Positions 35,396-50,197 of a DNA stretch of 64,000 bases are shown here, piece after piece. A program made the position numbers and the translations under genes. The number at the start of each line of letters is the position of its first letter. The stretch's first letter is position 1. Origin of the DNA: Aplysia californica (Eukaryota); NCBI RefSeq assembly GCF_000002075.1, contig NW_004797308.1, forward strand, positions 240,342 through 304,341, in the 5' to 3' direction. The notes under the pieces were generated by a model. It was not told the origin of the DNA. It did not search any database and saw nothing but the letters and a program-made list of their open reading frames with translations.

Positions 35396-38259
35396 AATAA
35401 AAGTAGAATCTTATAGCTGACATTCTGAGCTTTTATTTGGTGTAAATTTTAGTTTGTGGCATGATTATTTGGAAAATTATGATGTAGAAGCAAGACTTTC
35501 CAATCAGTCCATGTACATTTTGAATACTGCTTCCCTTTGATTTAAAACTGCACCTACCATGAATTTCATTGGTCCTTTCTTAAAGCTGTTGGGATTTTTC
35601 CCTTTTGTATAATTTTCATGTACCATACTATTTTGTTGTTGTTTGCTTTTGTGCTTTAAATGACCATCATCAGCCTTACTTAATAATGATAATAATAATA
35701 GATAGCATTTGTGTAGCACATATTCCCATTCAACAACGAGCTGTAGGAGAAGGGTGAAGAGTGACAGAGGAAATTCTTAGTCTGTCCCCGTAGTTTTATG
35801 CACCCCGAATAATTTAGCCAAATTTGATCATTTGTTTGATAATTTCTGATTATTTTCCTTTATCATTCTTTGTTAAAATTAACAGAATCGCATCACTTCA
35901 CGTTTTTGGGCTCAGTTTGCATAATATCAGAATTTTTCTTGCATAAAACGACGGGGACAGCTTAATGCTCGCGTTTTTGTTGCCCAATACTCAATATTCT
36001 AGTTAAGAGTGGCTTTTTATGTTAGTAGGACTATCATTGTAGATCTGTAGTGTTGTCCCCATTTTTGTGAGATATTTGCATTGTCTATTTATAGCTGTTT
36101 GCAAGTTTGAAGAATGAAGCTTTTGCTAAACATACGAGAAGATGGTGTGCTTTAAATAAAAAGGCAAATTTTATAATATTGGATAGGTCATAAAATCACC
36201 AAAGTATGTATGCATGTGTTTAGAGGAAAGCAATTATTAGACGTATTTCAGTAGAATGTAAAATATGATCCTTCACTGACTAAATAAGTCAGTGCATATA
36301 GATCTGTATAAGCTTCCATTTACAGAAAGCTCATGCTGGGTTTTAGGGAAGATTTTTTGTTGTTGTAGTGAAGGTGTTTTATGTCCCCACTGACACAATT
36401 TAGATCATTTAGGAGGCGGGCTTTGACCCTGCCTGCCATGGCCAATCCGTGCTGAGAGGGAACCAATATCCCAGCAGACAGCTCAAGATAATTGGTAAAA
36501 ATCAGGGATTCAAACTCAGGTCCTCTGCATATTATGGTGAAATGCTGAACTTCTACTACAGATGCCAGGTGGGAAGAAGTCATATTTAAAGCTTTTGTTT
36601 TTAAACTGGATAAAACAATGTTCATGGTCTGCGTTTATTCATCTCCTCTGGCATCTGCATTTTCTCCCCCCCCCCCCCCCTCTTTGTTCTGGATGGGATG
36701 GGGGATTGTCACTTTACATGAGTCAGTGGTGCTAAGTGATATATTGTCATAGTGCTGCCGATATGGCCTAACTAATTTTTTTCAGCTTTGAGATAATCAA
36801 GAAAACCTGATTTATTTTTTTATAACACACATTTTTCATTAAAAATGGAAGTGTCTAAATTCTAAATTAAGGAAAACAGCTCAGCACTTTTAACAAATTT
36901 TAATACTATATAATGCGCCAAATTGACAAGAATGACAAAACACTCACATTCCATCATAGCCTAGGTGTGTCTGAGGCCATAATGGCAGCACCATGACGAT
37001 ATAGAGACAAAAAGCTTTCTCTTTTAAATGATATTGTCTTACTGACAAGGTTTGTGGTGTGTTCATAAAAGTTGGATGTTTGGTTCTCTTTTGAGAAGAG
37101 TATATTTAATGTTTCATGTGTGATATTTACAAATGTTGTGCTATAAAAGAAAAAGGCTCATTTCAGAGTCTCATATTTCTTGCTGATGAAAATAGAATTG
37201 TTACAGTTTTTTTGTTGTTTTTTTACTGGATTTTCACTGTATGATACATTTTTGTGTACTTAACATATTACACACCGAGATGTTGTTTATTGGCTTTTTA
37301 TGTTGTTCACTGGGAAGCTTATTATAAATTTATCTTTAATGTCAAATGTGATGTTGAGGACAGGCGGGATTACAGTTTCTTAGCTGATGTTCTTTACAAC
37401 TTTTGCATCATTTGACAGTGTGTTCATGTGATAGACAATTCCATTTTTTGGTCATAAAACGTACAACACAAGCAATTAAGGATGCTTATTTATAACCAAT
37501 AATTACTTCCCTTGAACTTGTTCCCTGTTTGAGCTCTATTCTGATACTCAGCTGTTTTTGCCTACATTTTTATCTATTCTTTTTATTTATTAGCTTGTGC
37601 GCTTGTATCTAATTATGTGTGTGGCTTGGGAGAACTCATCCCAGATGTAGAAGGTTATTTTGAGACATTGTTTACAATATGTCTAGAACTTTACTTCTAA
37701 AGCTAATTAGGTCTTATGAAATAAGGAATGATAACCCATTTCTAAATCTTTAATTTTGCTCAAGTAATGTTCTTCTTAATATTTTTTTCATAAATCATTA
37801 TCGGGACATAAAATGGCCAGATTTTTACTTAACCTGAAATTGTTTATTACTGCGGGCAGACACTATTTTTTATGCTAAAGTCTGCTTTAGTATTTCAAAA
37901 GAAGGGAATTTACTGCCTTTTAGGGGGAGGGGGGGGCACTGTGCATGAATATTATTGCAACAGAAAAAACTGAAAACCGTGCATCTTTTGTTTCACTCTT
38001 TGAGGCAGCCTGACCGCACACAATTTTTAATGCTTTTTTCTCAAAACTTTTCTTTCGGACTCATGTGCCTTTTGAAGGTGCATTTATTTTGTTTGCAGAG
38101 TGTTCCAATTGCTTTCAAATAATGTGGAAAATGCATAAGAGAGAATAATTTGATGATATATGAAAAGTCAGCTAAGAAAAAGTTTGTCCCACTGTGGGGC
38201 CTCTTAGAGCCACTTTCAATATATGCAAATTTTACCCAGATTACATTGGAGCAGAAATA

Positions 38260-39195
38260 TGTGAGACAGCATGGTGAAATCAGGCGCTCGTCAAAATAAA
38301 GAAAGTAAAGAAACTGACTCTTTTTCGCTGATTTGGCAATTTTTATTGAAATTTTGTTTTTTGGCTCAACACCTTCTATGTCCATTTAGAAGCATTTCAG
38401 TGTGAATTATACCAAAGATACACATATACATAACAAGATGGTCCACTCAGCCAAAAAAGTGTGCTCTTTGCTTCAGATGGGGCCACAGTCTGTTTTGATT
38501 TTTCATTTCTCCTGAAGAAGAATAGGAAAAGCACCTCCTTGCGTGCGCAGATCGACTGCTGTTCATCAGCTGTTCGGGTTCGTTCAGTGCGGAGTTTTAG
38601 TTTTTAAAAATTTTAATGACCTCTCGCCTTTCATTCTTAAGTCAAATTAAACGAAGAAAAAAGTCGCCCCATCCTCCGGGAGAGGTTTTTTGTCAGCGTA
38701 ACCATTTTAAATAAGCGTTCTTCCGAAATTTGAATTCTTATTTTTTTAAAAACTTGTTAGTTTCGCTTTGATTTTTTTAACACAAGTAGGGTAACTCTGT
38801 TCGCAAAGGGTGCACATTTGCGAAGAGGGTGCCACCGAATTTTGAGGGCACTTTTTTAATTGGCTTGAAGAGAGGAGTGGACCCTCTTGTTATGTAGACT
38901 CTTTGATTATACTGAAAAATGTCGATTAAACGCACAGCAAATGTAAATTGTCAGTTTCTATTGACTTTAAGGTTTTGTAAATAACCAAACTTTGGCAGCC
39001 ATTTTCTCTTTAATTTTACCTCTGAAACCTGGCGATCCCCACCTCATTCAATTGTAAATATCTCGACATGTACTCCAGATAAATGGACAATTCTTTCATC
39101 CAAGGCAAGGCAAATGGACAAGCTTTAAGGTGATACTAATAACTCCATATGCCAAAAAAAATGACGAGCGTCTGTTTTCACCGCGCTGCCTCATT
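38260..39195. mobile_element. Unclassified TIR family 'ggtgaaatcaggcgctcgtc' (other copies ~51497-52282, ~60223-61388, ~61400-61778)
   Basis: Shared termini and internal ccaaactttggcagccattttct in four places; hosts nested insertions. Confidence 0.7.
38433..38890. mobile_element. TA-flanked MITE (ACAAGA...TCTTGT), copy 1, nested in the previous element
   Basis: ta|acaagatggtccact ... agtggaccctcttgt|ta; closely similar inverted copy at 58767-59231. Confidence 0.85.
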
Positions 39196-39294
39196 TATGA
39201 AGATTGCTTTCAATCTTTACAAATGAATCTCTGGATATATAAGACTGATTGCATGTGGTGAATGATCTTTCCAATAACTAAATGTAGAATACAA

Positions 39295-40578
39295 CTTAGG
39301 CACAACTTATCCTCAAATATCTCTTGAACAGGCTGATAAATGTCACCCGTACTTTGCACAGCACTTTGTATCAATTTATTTTATCTTAATCATATTTTTC
39401 CCACAATAATTTAGATTATAAAAAACTTTTCTTCATAAATTTATATAAAGTATTAAAAATCTCCATCATGGGTAAAAGGGGATTGTTCACAGCGCTTCTC
39501 GCATATATTTTGCTTACGCTTATATATGGCTTACGTCACAGCTCACCAATGACATTTTTTATTGGCGAAACTTGTTACAAGAAATTAATTTTATGATGAA
39601 CACTTTTTTTACACTAAAAGTTCTCTAAAAATGCATTCAATTTATATAAGCATAATGTCGTGATTAGAAAAAAATAAAGGACTTGTTTTTAAAAGCGATA
39701 TCGTCCCAGCTGTAAACCTTTAAACATTTGTAGAGAAACCACCCAATTGGGATTTTTAAAAAGTATTTATTAAGGAATTTTACTGAATACAACTAACAGG
39801 TGTTTACAAAAATGTTGATCAATTAAGACAAATTGATACAAGTCATTGTGCAAATTCTGAAAACATTTTGTCAATGGTTTAGGAAATATTTGACAATAAG
39901 TTGTGCCACTGTAGGCTTCCCTGTAGTGTGGTCAAAAATTTGTGGTGCAACTTATCCTCAAATATCTCTTTTAACGGGTGAATCAATGTCGTCCATACTT
40001 TGCATAGCAGTTTGTATCAATTTGTCTTAACTAAATCATATTTTTCTAGAACAATTAGGGCTAGATAAAAAACTTTTCTTCATAAATTTATATAAAGTAC
40101 TTGAAATCTCTGTCAAGCGTAAAATGGTATTGTTCACAGCACTTCCCGCTTCTCACACACATTTTGATTACGCATATATATATATGGCCTACGTCACAGC
40201 CCACCAAAGACAATTTTTACTTTCAGAACTTGTTACAAGAAATTATTGTTATAGTGAACACATTTTTGCACTAATGGCTCTCAAAACATGCGTTCAATTA
40301 GCATAATGTCCTGATTAGAAAAACCTGAAGGACTTGCTATTAAAAGCTATATTGTCCCAGCTGTAAACATTTAAAAATCTGTAGAAACCACCCACTTTGA
40401 TTTTTTATTAGTATTTATTACGGAATTTTCTAGAATATAGCTTGCAGGTGTTTACAAAAATGTTGATCTGTTAAGACAAATTGATACAAGTCACTGTGCA
40501 TAACATGGAGAACCTATGTTCGATAGTTGAGGAGATATTTGTGAAAATAAGTCGCTCCACGAATTTTTTACCACACTG
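39295..40578. mobile_element. Two tandem ~640-bp Tc1/mariner-type MITE copies (~39295-39910 and ~39924-40578)
   Basis: Colinear direct repeat; TIR agtgtggtcaaaaatttgtgg / ccacgaattttttaccacactg|ta. Confidence 0.8.
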
Positions 40579-41804
40579 TAATTTGAAGTGTCTGTGCAAG
40601 ATTGTATGATGTCACAAGTATTACCTATAGGTTAACTTAGGGATAAGACTTCTGCCTTTTATTTTAGGATAGATTTGACATGTATAAGAGATGGTCTCTG
40701 AATTTCATGTATAAATTTGTCACTGTGCAATTCTTTGAAATGTGCATGGTTACTCTCCACATATATCTCTACTTCCATTGATATTGTTGATTATCCACCT
40801 ATTGTTATGTAAATTTAAGTACAATTTTAATAAACTGTGCAAGGCTAACATTTATATAGGACTGTGAGTCAGCGAGTATATTTTCTTTCACTATACTATT
40901 GATTTCTTTTTAGATATCATAATATATAATGTACAATCAAACTTGCTCCAACAACCACCTTTCCAAGACAATCCCCTGAACAAATGTCTACTTCCTATGT
41001 CCACTTTTGTGCTTTTCCCGTATATCATACTGAAACCAAGATAACCACTTTGCTGCTTGGCAATGGATGGTTGTTTGGACAGGTTTGACTGTATGGAAAA
41101 TTATTTGAATATTATTTTGTGATATTGTGACCAGGTTAGAATCATGTCCTTGCTCACTGGATGGAGTATATTGACATGGAATAATGTTCTTGAAACTCCA
41201 ATAAAACTGTTTACTATCCATTTTATGAGCAAATATAATCAAAACTGGGTCAAAAGTCGTTCCCATGCAAACTGGGATTGGGGGTGGGGGTGGGGGGGGG
41301 GGGGGGTGCAGGGCAGGGCAAGTATCTCAAATTCAAGGAATCATTGCCAGCAAAGAAAGAGGAAAGAAGGCAGAAATTCAATCATGATGGTAAACCAATA
41401 AGAAGCAGCTGTGCACCGGCTACTTTTATACTTACGAAAGTGCATTGACTGTGTTTTTAGTTTTGTTTTGGGCATAAGCGACGAAAAAATAAGAGCAGTG
41501 AGTTTGATTTCAGTGCCTTGGAAGCCCTAGAAGAAGATCTAGATTGAAATCAAGATCACAGATAACTATGCTGCTAGCTATAGGTGAATTGAGTGACTAT
41601 GATGAGCTGCCGTCCGACGAAGAATTAGATTGATTGGTACTGTAGCTTGTGCACAATGCTTATTTAAAATTATTGTGTAAAATTATGAACTGTTTTTTAC
41701 CTGGCTCAATGCAAGTCAGGTGAGGAGTAGTGCACTGTGCAAGGCTACTGAGGGTGAATTTGGTCAAACGCATAACAATAAGGGAATAAGACTTGAATTA
41801 TAAT

Positions 41805-42149
41805 AATATTAGTAATAATAAATTGCATTTATATAGCGTATTCAATGCTCTATAGCGGGCTATGTGTGTTGGATGATGATTATTACCCCAGCAGACCCTA
41901 GAACTCTCAGAATCATTCTCGGCTTCCTGGGAAGCATACAGTGCAAGCAGTCAATAAAATGCTCTATCATTATCAGACTGACAGGATCTTTCACTATTTA
42001 TAGCTTGAGTACCCATTCCTACTGGGTGCAGTAAAAAAAAATTGTGTAAAGTGACTTTCCCAAGGACACAACATCAGGCCCTTGATGCGGTTTGAACTCA
42101 TAACCTTTCGGTCATGAGTCCAACAGCCTAACCACTGGACCACAGACGC
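41805..42149 (-). mobile_element. tRNA-derived SINE, diverged copy of the 22796-23145 family
   Basis: Reverse-complement match along the full length. Confidence 0.88.
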
Positions 42150-42664
42150 CATGTTACAACCCATTTTGTTGACCCTTTGACTTTTGAGTTCCAGCTCCCT
42201 GAACTGACAGGACTTGTGGACCTGAGCTGCTTAGTGACAACTGCTAGATTTACATTACTGCTGAGGTGTGCAAATCCAAAAGGATACAATAAATGCACAC
42301 CTGAGCCTATATATATATAGGGTAAAATACCCACAGTCACATACCAGATTCTGGACGTCTTGATGCAAAATAAGTGGGGTTTGTGAAACAATGGCATCAA
42401 TACATCAGTAGAAGAGACTATTATTACTATTAAGCTTCACTCTACTCATTTCCACTTCAAGCCTTGTCCTGTCCAATAATGAATTAATGTTGCAAAATAA
42501 TCCCTACAGACAACTAATGTACTTAACACTATGCTACACATCAACAAAAAACGTTAAATGAAGTCTTCCACACACAACAATTGCATGACTAACAACACTG
42601 TACTGGATACTGTAAACAAAAGTACTTGCCTTGGAGTAACTGGAATAACAAACATGATGGTTAC

Positions 42665-43200
42665 AATTTAGTTTAGTTTTAGTAGGAGTTTTACAGCACT
42701 ATTTTTTTTTTTCGAGTTCTACGGCGCTCGCAACTGCATACGGTCATATGAGCGCGTGGGACACAAGCTGGTTGTTATCACATAAAGCATTTTCAGTTTT
42801 GGTACGAATTAGTTTTGAATTTTGCCACGTGGTGGCCAAAGCCTATTCTTATCGATTTTAGGACCACCAAGGGATTTTTAATGTGCACAACTTTTACTCT
42901 AGACCTCCAAGATTTTTTTGCCCTTATCCGAGAAGGCTAGGTGTTCGATCCTACCTACTCTAAGATCAAAGCTGAAATACAGCAGTAGGAAGGTACCAGG
43001 AGTCGCAGTAGAAAGAGTCAGGAACCTAGAGGAAGGGGGAGGGGCAGAAAGGGGAGATGAAAGCAGATGAAAGAACATGACTAGAGAGCAGGGAAGGAGG
43101 TGAAAAGTGAACATTTCAGAGAATAAAGCTTTTCTGTTACTGTCAGGTTTTGAACTCGAGACCTATTAAATGAGCGGCAAACACAGTCCCTCTGAATCAT
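42665..43200 (-). mobile_element. Degenerate SINE-like element with an I/Nimb-type 3' stem-loop tail
   Basis: Tail gcgctcatatgacc...gttgcgagcgccgta..(actaaa)n on minus; B-box-like relic near 43150. Confidence 0.5.
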
Positions 43201-46200
43201 GAAAACCCCCTCAGCACTTTCAATACAAATACATTAGAGGTGCTACTAGAGTAACATGCAAAGAAAAGAAGGCGGAGAGGTAAGAATAACATTTTTTTTA
43301 TAATTATAGGAAAGAAGGAGCAAATCTCACAAGAATGCCCGTCAATAATGATAACAACAAACATATATATTTCTTTTTAAAAATCTGAAGCAACTTATGT
43401 GAATAGAAACTGTTTATTTCAAATTAAGTATATACATACACACTCAATTATATATTATTTCAATGTAGGTAAAAACAAGCGCATCACTCCAAGGGTATTT
43501 CATGTAGAATAAAACTTATCACAGTAATGTTTACTTTTGTTTTGAAAGATTTTATGTTTTCTACAAGCTAGCTCTTGCTTCCTTTACAATCACGTTCTTA
43601 AAGGAATACATGGCTTATAGTTAAATTATGCAGGTACCCTAAGTGTTTGAGGGCTTAAGGGTCATAGTTGAATTTAATATAATGCATATTGTGCGTTTTC
43701 TCTCTTTTTTAAAATTTTATTTTCCCTGCCAGATCCCACTGGACTGTAACTCTATACAAAGGAACAAGATACCATAACTGCTGTTAACTTTTTGAGGTCA
43801 TGGCATCAGTAAAAATAGGATATATAGATATGTACAAAACTCTTACTACACATTTGAAATCAAATCTTCTGTTTAACTGAAACATCCGTATGAACTTTTG
43901 AACTCAAAGCACACCGGCAACAAAAAACTGGCAAGTAAGTAGTTGGCATAGACTTTTTCCATTAGCATAGTTACTCATCGAAGTCAATGCGCATTGTTTG
44001 GTACGTCCATTCCAGGGAATTTTTCCATCTGAGAGCTCTTGAAACTCAAGTTTTCTCTAATCAAGAGCGAAAGAACTTTCAAACTTATCACCCAGATTGT
44101 CCTTAAAACCATGTTTTTCTAATATTATTATTGCCACAGGTGCCAACACATTTCCAAATTTAAGCAAATCTAATTTTTTTGTTTGTTTTATTATTATTTG
44201 ATCTAACTTATGAATTTTTTAAAAAAATCTCTCTATTTCAACTGAACTTCCCAGATTAACATTTACATGCACACATATTTTTGCTTTAAACTGGTAGTTT
44301 TAACAACCCTGGTTACAAATGTACAAGGTGTATTTTTATTTTACACTAGTAGCTCTCACGATTAAGGTGCGTATCTGTTCTCAAATGCTTTTTTCCATTT
44401 GTTTGAGATCAAACTACAAAGACTGAACTTCCCTGAAATGCACCGCATTATGTGGGGACATAAACAAAAATAGGTTTTCAGTCCAGTGGAATCTTAAAAG
44501 GGACACTTCCTTCTGTTTGGGGCTCTGCAGAATGGTTCTACCAAGCTGACGCTAATAAGGAGCTGGACATGTGGTTGACATGATCAGAAAGGTCCATCTA
44601 TTGAATTATACATTCCCATGAAGTAAGTACATTGTGAGTACAAAAAGAGCTGTACGGATAAAAACCAACAAATAAATACATGTGTTCGGATAAAAATAAC
44701 AACCCTAATTGCAAGAAAGCACAGAGGTGGAGGCAGAGCTGCCAATTTGGGAATGGGGAGATGATAGACATGACGGTTAGATCTTTCAGTGATGATGAGG
44801 GACACAAGTTTACAGACATGAACACTTTGCTTTAAAACTCCATACGTTAAGAATAGATTTTAAACATTTTTAAAGCCAGGAAGGTCCTTACTAAAGGAAT
44901 GGTGTGTAAGGTTTCTTACACTTATCTGAAATTTATTTACCTAAAGTGGACTAAAGTTCAGCCATTCAGTATCATAAGTAGAAAAAGAACAGCAGAGCAA
45001 AAAGTTCATGCAACCTAGTGCAAAAATGATCTCCCAACGCTGCAGAATTTATTACAATGAATATATAATGAATATACATAATTTACTGCTGGAACAATAT
45101 AACTTTCTTAGACATTTTTTAAAGCAGATATTTAAGAAGACAGAAAAAAAATGAAAACAGTAAAGTCAACTTTGCAGGGATATGAGGGACAAAGTGTCAC
45201 AACGCAAGACTATCATGTTGAATCCACGAGACTTGGCAGCTCTGCAGAGTGAATAAGCACATTACACAAGTATGGACAGATTTGTTTACAAAGTGAAAAT
45301 GTTTTTGAATTAGTAATATTAACAAAGGTTTAAAAGAATATGCCGATATGTGAGCCATTCTAAAAAAAAAGAACACTGCTGAAGTGCCTTTTTTCTACCA
45401 TCAGTGACAAACAACATAAAATGTGATTTTGTATAAAATCAAGCTTTTTTAACTACTAGGAAATGTTCAAATATACGGTCGAACTTGTCCATAGCTGTCA
45501 CTTAAGATCACAGAGAAAAGTTATCCTTATACTTATAGACAAGTGGCTGCTATGAACAGGAGCTGAGTTGTGGTCACCTATCTTTCCCTTTCATTTCCAT
45601 CAAAATTGTCTTCTTGTTTCTTTTAGTAGACGTTTTACAGCGCTCACATCTGGAAAAGGTCATATGAATGCCAAGGGGTGGATGTCAACAGAGAATTCCT
45701 TACAGGGAATCAGGTTTACTCTGCTCACCTCTCTAGCTTCAACAGCACACAGTTTGCTTCAACTATCAAGGCACCCCGGAAATAGCGGGTCACAAGAGTG
45801 TGACAAACATACATAAGAAGAAGAGAAAAAATGACGATAGTAAGGATTAGGAAAGAAAAAGCAGCTGTTCCCTGTTGCAGTTCAGGTGCAATTATAAGCA
45901 TGACATTGAAGAAAGAATCAACCCATTTACAATTATAACTCTACTGTGCAAAAGAACATGCTTAATGTCTCTCCTTAGGGAATGGCGTAAAGACACTTCA
46001 GTCAGTAACACTGCCCCGCGGGGTTAAAATTGTCATCTATCATAAAATCTTTTACTTTTTAAAAAAATATGCTGCCAACAGATTCAAACATCCTCGTCAT
46101 AGCGGTCATTCACAAAATACAAAACACAAGTGAAAACAAAACAAACAAACAAAATCCTACCCCCCCCTGTTAACTAAGTAGGCAGTGCATAGCCAGAAAA

Positions 46201-48935
46201 TAAGCCCAGCTACTTCTTTCTATTGACTGAATGTACATATTCAGTCTGAGAACAGGTTGACAAAAAACTTTTGTAGCAAGTGATAGATTAAAGCAGGTTT
46301 TGAGGTCAACGTGTCGTAAAATTGACTGAGGCAGCTTCATTGGACAGGGGCCATTTTTGACTTTTCAATGATTTTGGAAAGAGCTGTGTTAATTATTTTT
46401 GTTGCACCATTAAGAGGGTGTCTTTTACAAGCTCAGTTACCTGTACCAAACAGATTAGAAACTCGAAAAGTTCTCAAATTAATTGAAAAAAAAGGGTGCT
46501 AATAGTACCAGCAAGAAAACGTTCCAATAGTAGTTTGAAACATTTCCAATTAGACAAGGAGGTAACGATGTGAGGCTTGGTTGCCTCACTTTGTACGTCA
46601 CTGTGCTGCACTTTTTTTTACTGGACATTTAGGACCTCCCCATGTTGATCTCAAGAATGGAAAGTAATATATAGCATTTCCAAAAAAGAATGTATGCTTA
46701 TTTCAACAGGAATGATGTTCACTAGTTTCGTGTCTTTGAAATTAAAAAGCATCCTTAACACTTGTCTGTCATACTGTGATGGGTGCGGCACTCCAAGCAA
46801 AAACAGAGAAGTTAGAGATGTAAAAAAATTGACAGACTTTCGTGCATGAATTCATGCATGTTGTATCAGTTTATCTACTCAGCTTGAACAACTTAAAAAA
46901 AAAAAACATCCACTGTAAATCACATTAAAGTCAGAAAAGCCTAAAAATTGATTGTTTGAAAATGTAAGTTATTGCAACGCTGTAAAGCTGATCTCTTGAG
47001 AATTTCTCACATATTCATTATATATATATAAAGAGAGAAAAATATAGAAAGATAAATTGACATCCTTTAGAATAAATTTTTAAAAAGAACAACATCTTTT
47101 TAATAAAATTGTACCTTTCAGACAATACCTAAAAAAACATGATGGGGGGAAATATACAATAAAGTTGTAATGTATTTGTTTTATGTATATAAAAGATAAG
47201 CTGTGCAACTGGAATTTTCCCCAAGGCAAAAGATTTTGTAAAGTAATTAACATTCTCAAGCAGCTGCACACTTACATAGATGTATATATCTGCCTTTCAC
47301 ATAAATATCTATGCCTGAAAGTGACAACAGCTAACATTCTAGATAATCAGCTTCAAGCACAATGCCCTGAAAATATTCTGAAAAGACTGTTACACCAGTC
47401 AATAATATCTTGTATAACCATGGTAAGATACAGCAAAACCTAGTATGATCCCAGAAATCTGCAAACATTCACAAACATCCAACTTAGTAAAATATTTCTA
47501 TGCTTTTGCCCATATATTTGTTGCAGTACTTCAAAAGAACTTTACTCTTCTTTTTAATTATACAAGTCTAACAACAAATCGTTGATGTTGAAGAAGAAAT
47601 GACAAACACTTTTTTTTTCAGTAGGCCAATTTCAAATGTCTTTTCTACTCCAAAATCAGGTCTATAAACCAAAAGAACTATGTGTCTACAAGTGCTAAAT
47701 CTGGGTATAATGTACACAGGCCTGAGAAAAGGGTCCACAGGTGCAGTTCTTTGCATTCATACATGAGAAATGCTTTTCCTGATGACTCTGGGTTTTTTTC
47801 ACTTTTGAAAACATTTTCAGATACCTTAAATAGTTTTTTGAGATATGGCCACTTTTGTGAGTAAGGCATGCAACTACATTTGAAAAAAAAAAGGTTTCTT
47901 GTATATTCAACCTCAAGAGAAATGCTTGTATTTGTATCGCTTCTAAATGAACTAAGCTTATTTTCTTTTTTATCTATTAGGGAACTACGACAATGCTGGT
48001 ATCACAGGGCAAAGAAATGCTTAATTATAACAAACATGATGAATCGAAAACAAAATAATCACACTGGTCACTCATAATACAGAAATTATAAATAAAAAAA
48101 TGTTTCTGAAGTCAAGAACACAGTGACCAGACTGTTAGGGATTCACACTTGTTCCATTTGTTCCAAGCTAATAGGAATCCATGTGCCTGACTTTGGACAG
48201 GGGAGTTAACAAAAAAAAATTAAAACCGTATATAACATGCTGGAGTTCGTAAGGAAATGATAAATTAAGTGATCAGTTGTGAAAACTCAAAGCCATTTCA
48301 TTACATTACGTAACGAACATGAGTTTTTAAAAGTTATCAAAAACATACTACGGAGAAAAATGGGCATAAAATATTTAGTGAGGATAAAGTAAAATGACTG
48401 ATGAGGTGATATCTTGACGAATCTCGATTTCCCCAGTGTACAGTTGTTTACTTTATTCTACATTTTTCTCAAATTAGGCCCATGCAACTTCCGGACATAT
48501 ATGTAGGCCTATATAAATCATGAAACTTCATTGTCTTCCTGGCAAAGGTCAAATGACTCACTAGAATCAAAAGAAAGAACAACTTTTCTTAAGGATAAGT
48601 CTTTTTGAAAGATTCCATCCAAAACCTTCAATCAAAGTGCACAATTGTCATATGCACAACTTTACCCTTAAAATACGCAAAAGTATATTAGCAAAAATTT
48701 GTCAAGCATCTGAAATAAGCACATTACAAATGACACAGACTGAGCTTACCTTGAAATAGTGGTGAACTTTTGCCAAATCTTATAAACATACATTAATAAA
48801 TACAAGTATAAAGTATGTATGACGAAAATATTGCAACAATTAAAATCAGACCATATTTCATAAACTTCATTTCTTCCATGAGTACGACTCACAGTGTAAA
48901 TGCTACCTATAAATAAATTACCAAATACATGCAGG

Positions 48936-49029
48936 CACACACATACACACACACACACACACACACATACACACACACACACGCGCGCGCATAAAGCACG
49001 CACACACGCACGCATGCATGCACACACAC
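48936..49029. repeat. (CA)n/(CG)n microsatellite
   Basis: Direct reading. Confidence 0.95.
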
Positions 49030-49882
49030 TCAGATGCTAGTTGGTTTCCCAAAGCAAAACACAGACTTGTAGACTGGATACAGTCTTATGTCTCTTGGAA
49101 AAAAACCTTCCTTTGAGCCTTTTATACCTATACTGAGCTTTGTTATATAATTACACATAGACAATAACATTGCAAAGGAATTTTCGATAACATTCAAAGG
49201 ATGAATATTCTCTCCAAAGTCCTGCAGAGGAAGCCAAAATCAATTGTGACCTCTGCCACTGGATGTAACAGCAAAATAAATGTGTAAATAGACTGAGATA
49301 GAGGAAATGAATGGGAGCAAGGTCAAGGAGAAACATTATGTGGATGTAAAGGAATAAAGGCAACCTGATAAATATCAATAATGCAAGGCATCATGCAAAT
49401 ACAAGAAGGAGGGCGATAGAAAAGGATATAAAAATAAAAACAAGTAGCTGTCATTTTTATTAACCTCGTGAGACCAATTTCATGGTCTACCACTAATAAG
49501 CAACTGTCATGAGAAAATCATGTCGTATAGTATTTTAAAAATAGTCTCCCAATCTTTTTTTTTTCTCTTTTTATGTAGGTGTCATATGCCCCTGTGGACA
49601 CAATTTACATAATTCAAGGGGTGAGCTTCCATCCTGTCTGTCAGGGCCAACTCAGGCTGGGAGGGACACAAAGTCTGGGCAGAAAGACTGCGATACTCAA
49701 TAAAAATTCTCCTTATATGGGAATTGAACCTGGGTCTTCTGCAGGTGACGTCAAAGCACCACTCGCGACACTACAGATGCCTGTCTCTATCAGACTTAAA
49801 CCCGCCATTCATATGGGAATCTGCCAATGTAAATGGCAGACTCCATAAAAAAGAGAACTACAGTGTTGTTGTTTTTTTTTAA

Positions 49883-50197
49883 CCCTCCAAGCGTCACTAA
49901 CACTACACCAGTGGTGTCAGGGGAAATTACATGATTTCACCATATCATGTTGGGAATTGCTTGAAAACAGGCAAAACAAGCGAGCAAAGGCCTGCATAAA
50001 CCTACTCTTTTAGAAAGTAAAATGCAAATACGAAGTAGAGCTCATAAAATGTAAAAGAGTTGAAATATTTGACGATACTTTAAAAAAACAAGAAAAATGA
50101 ACCCAAATAGGAATTCAAATTATGGCTGATTAATTCATCAGGGACACCTCACAAAGAAACCAATGATGGATTTAATCAGCGGTCGACACTAGGAGGG
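49883..50197. mobile_element. piggyBac-like MITE
   Basis: ttaa|ccctcc ... ggaggg|ttaa. Confidence 0.65.
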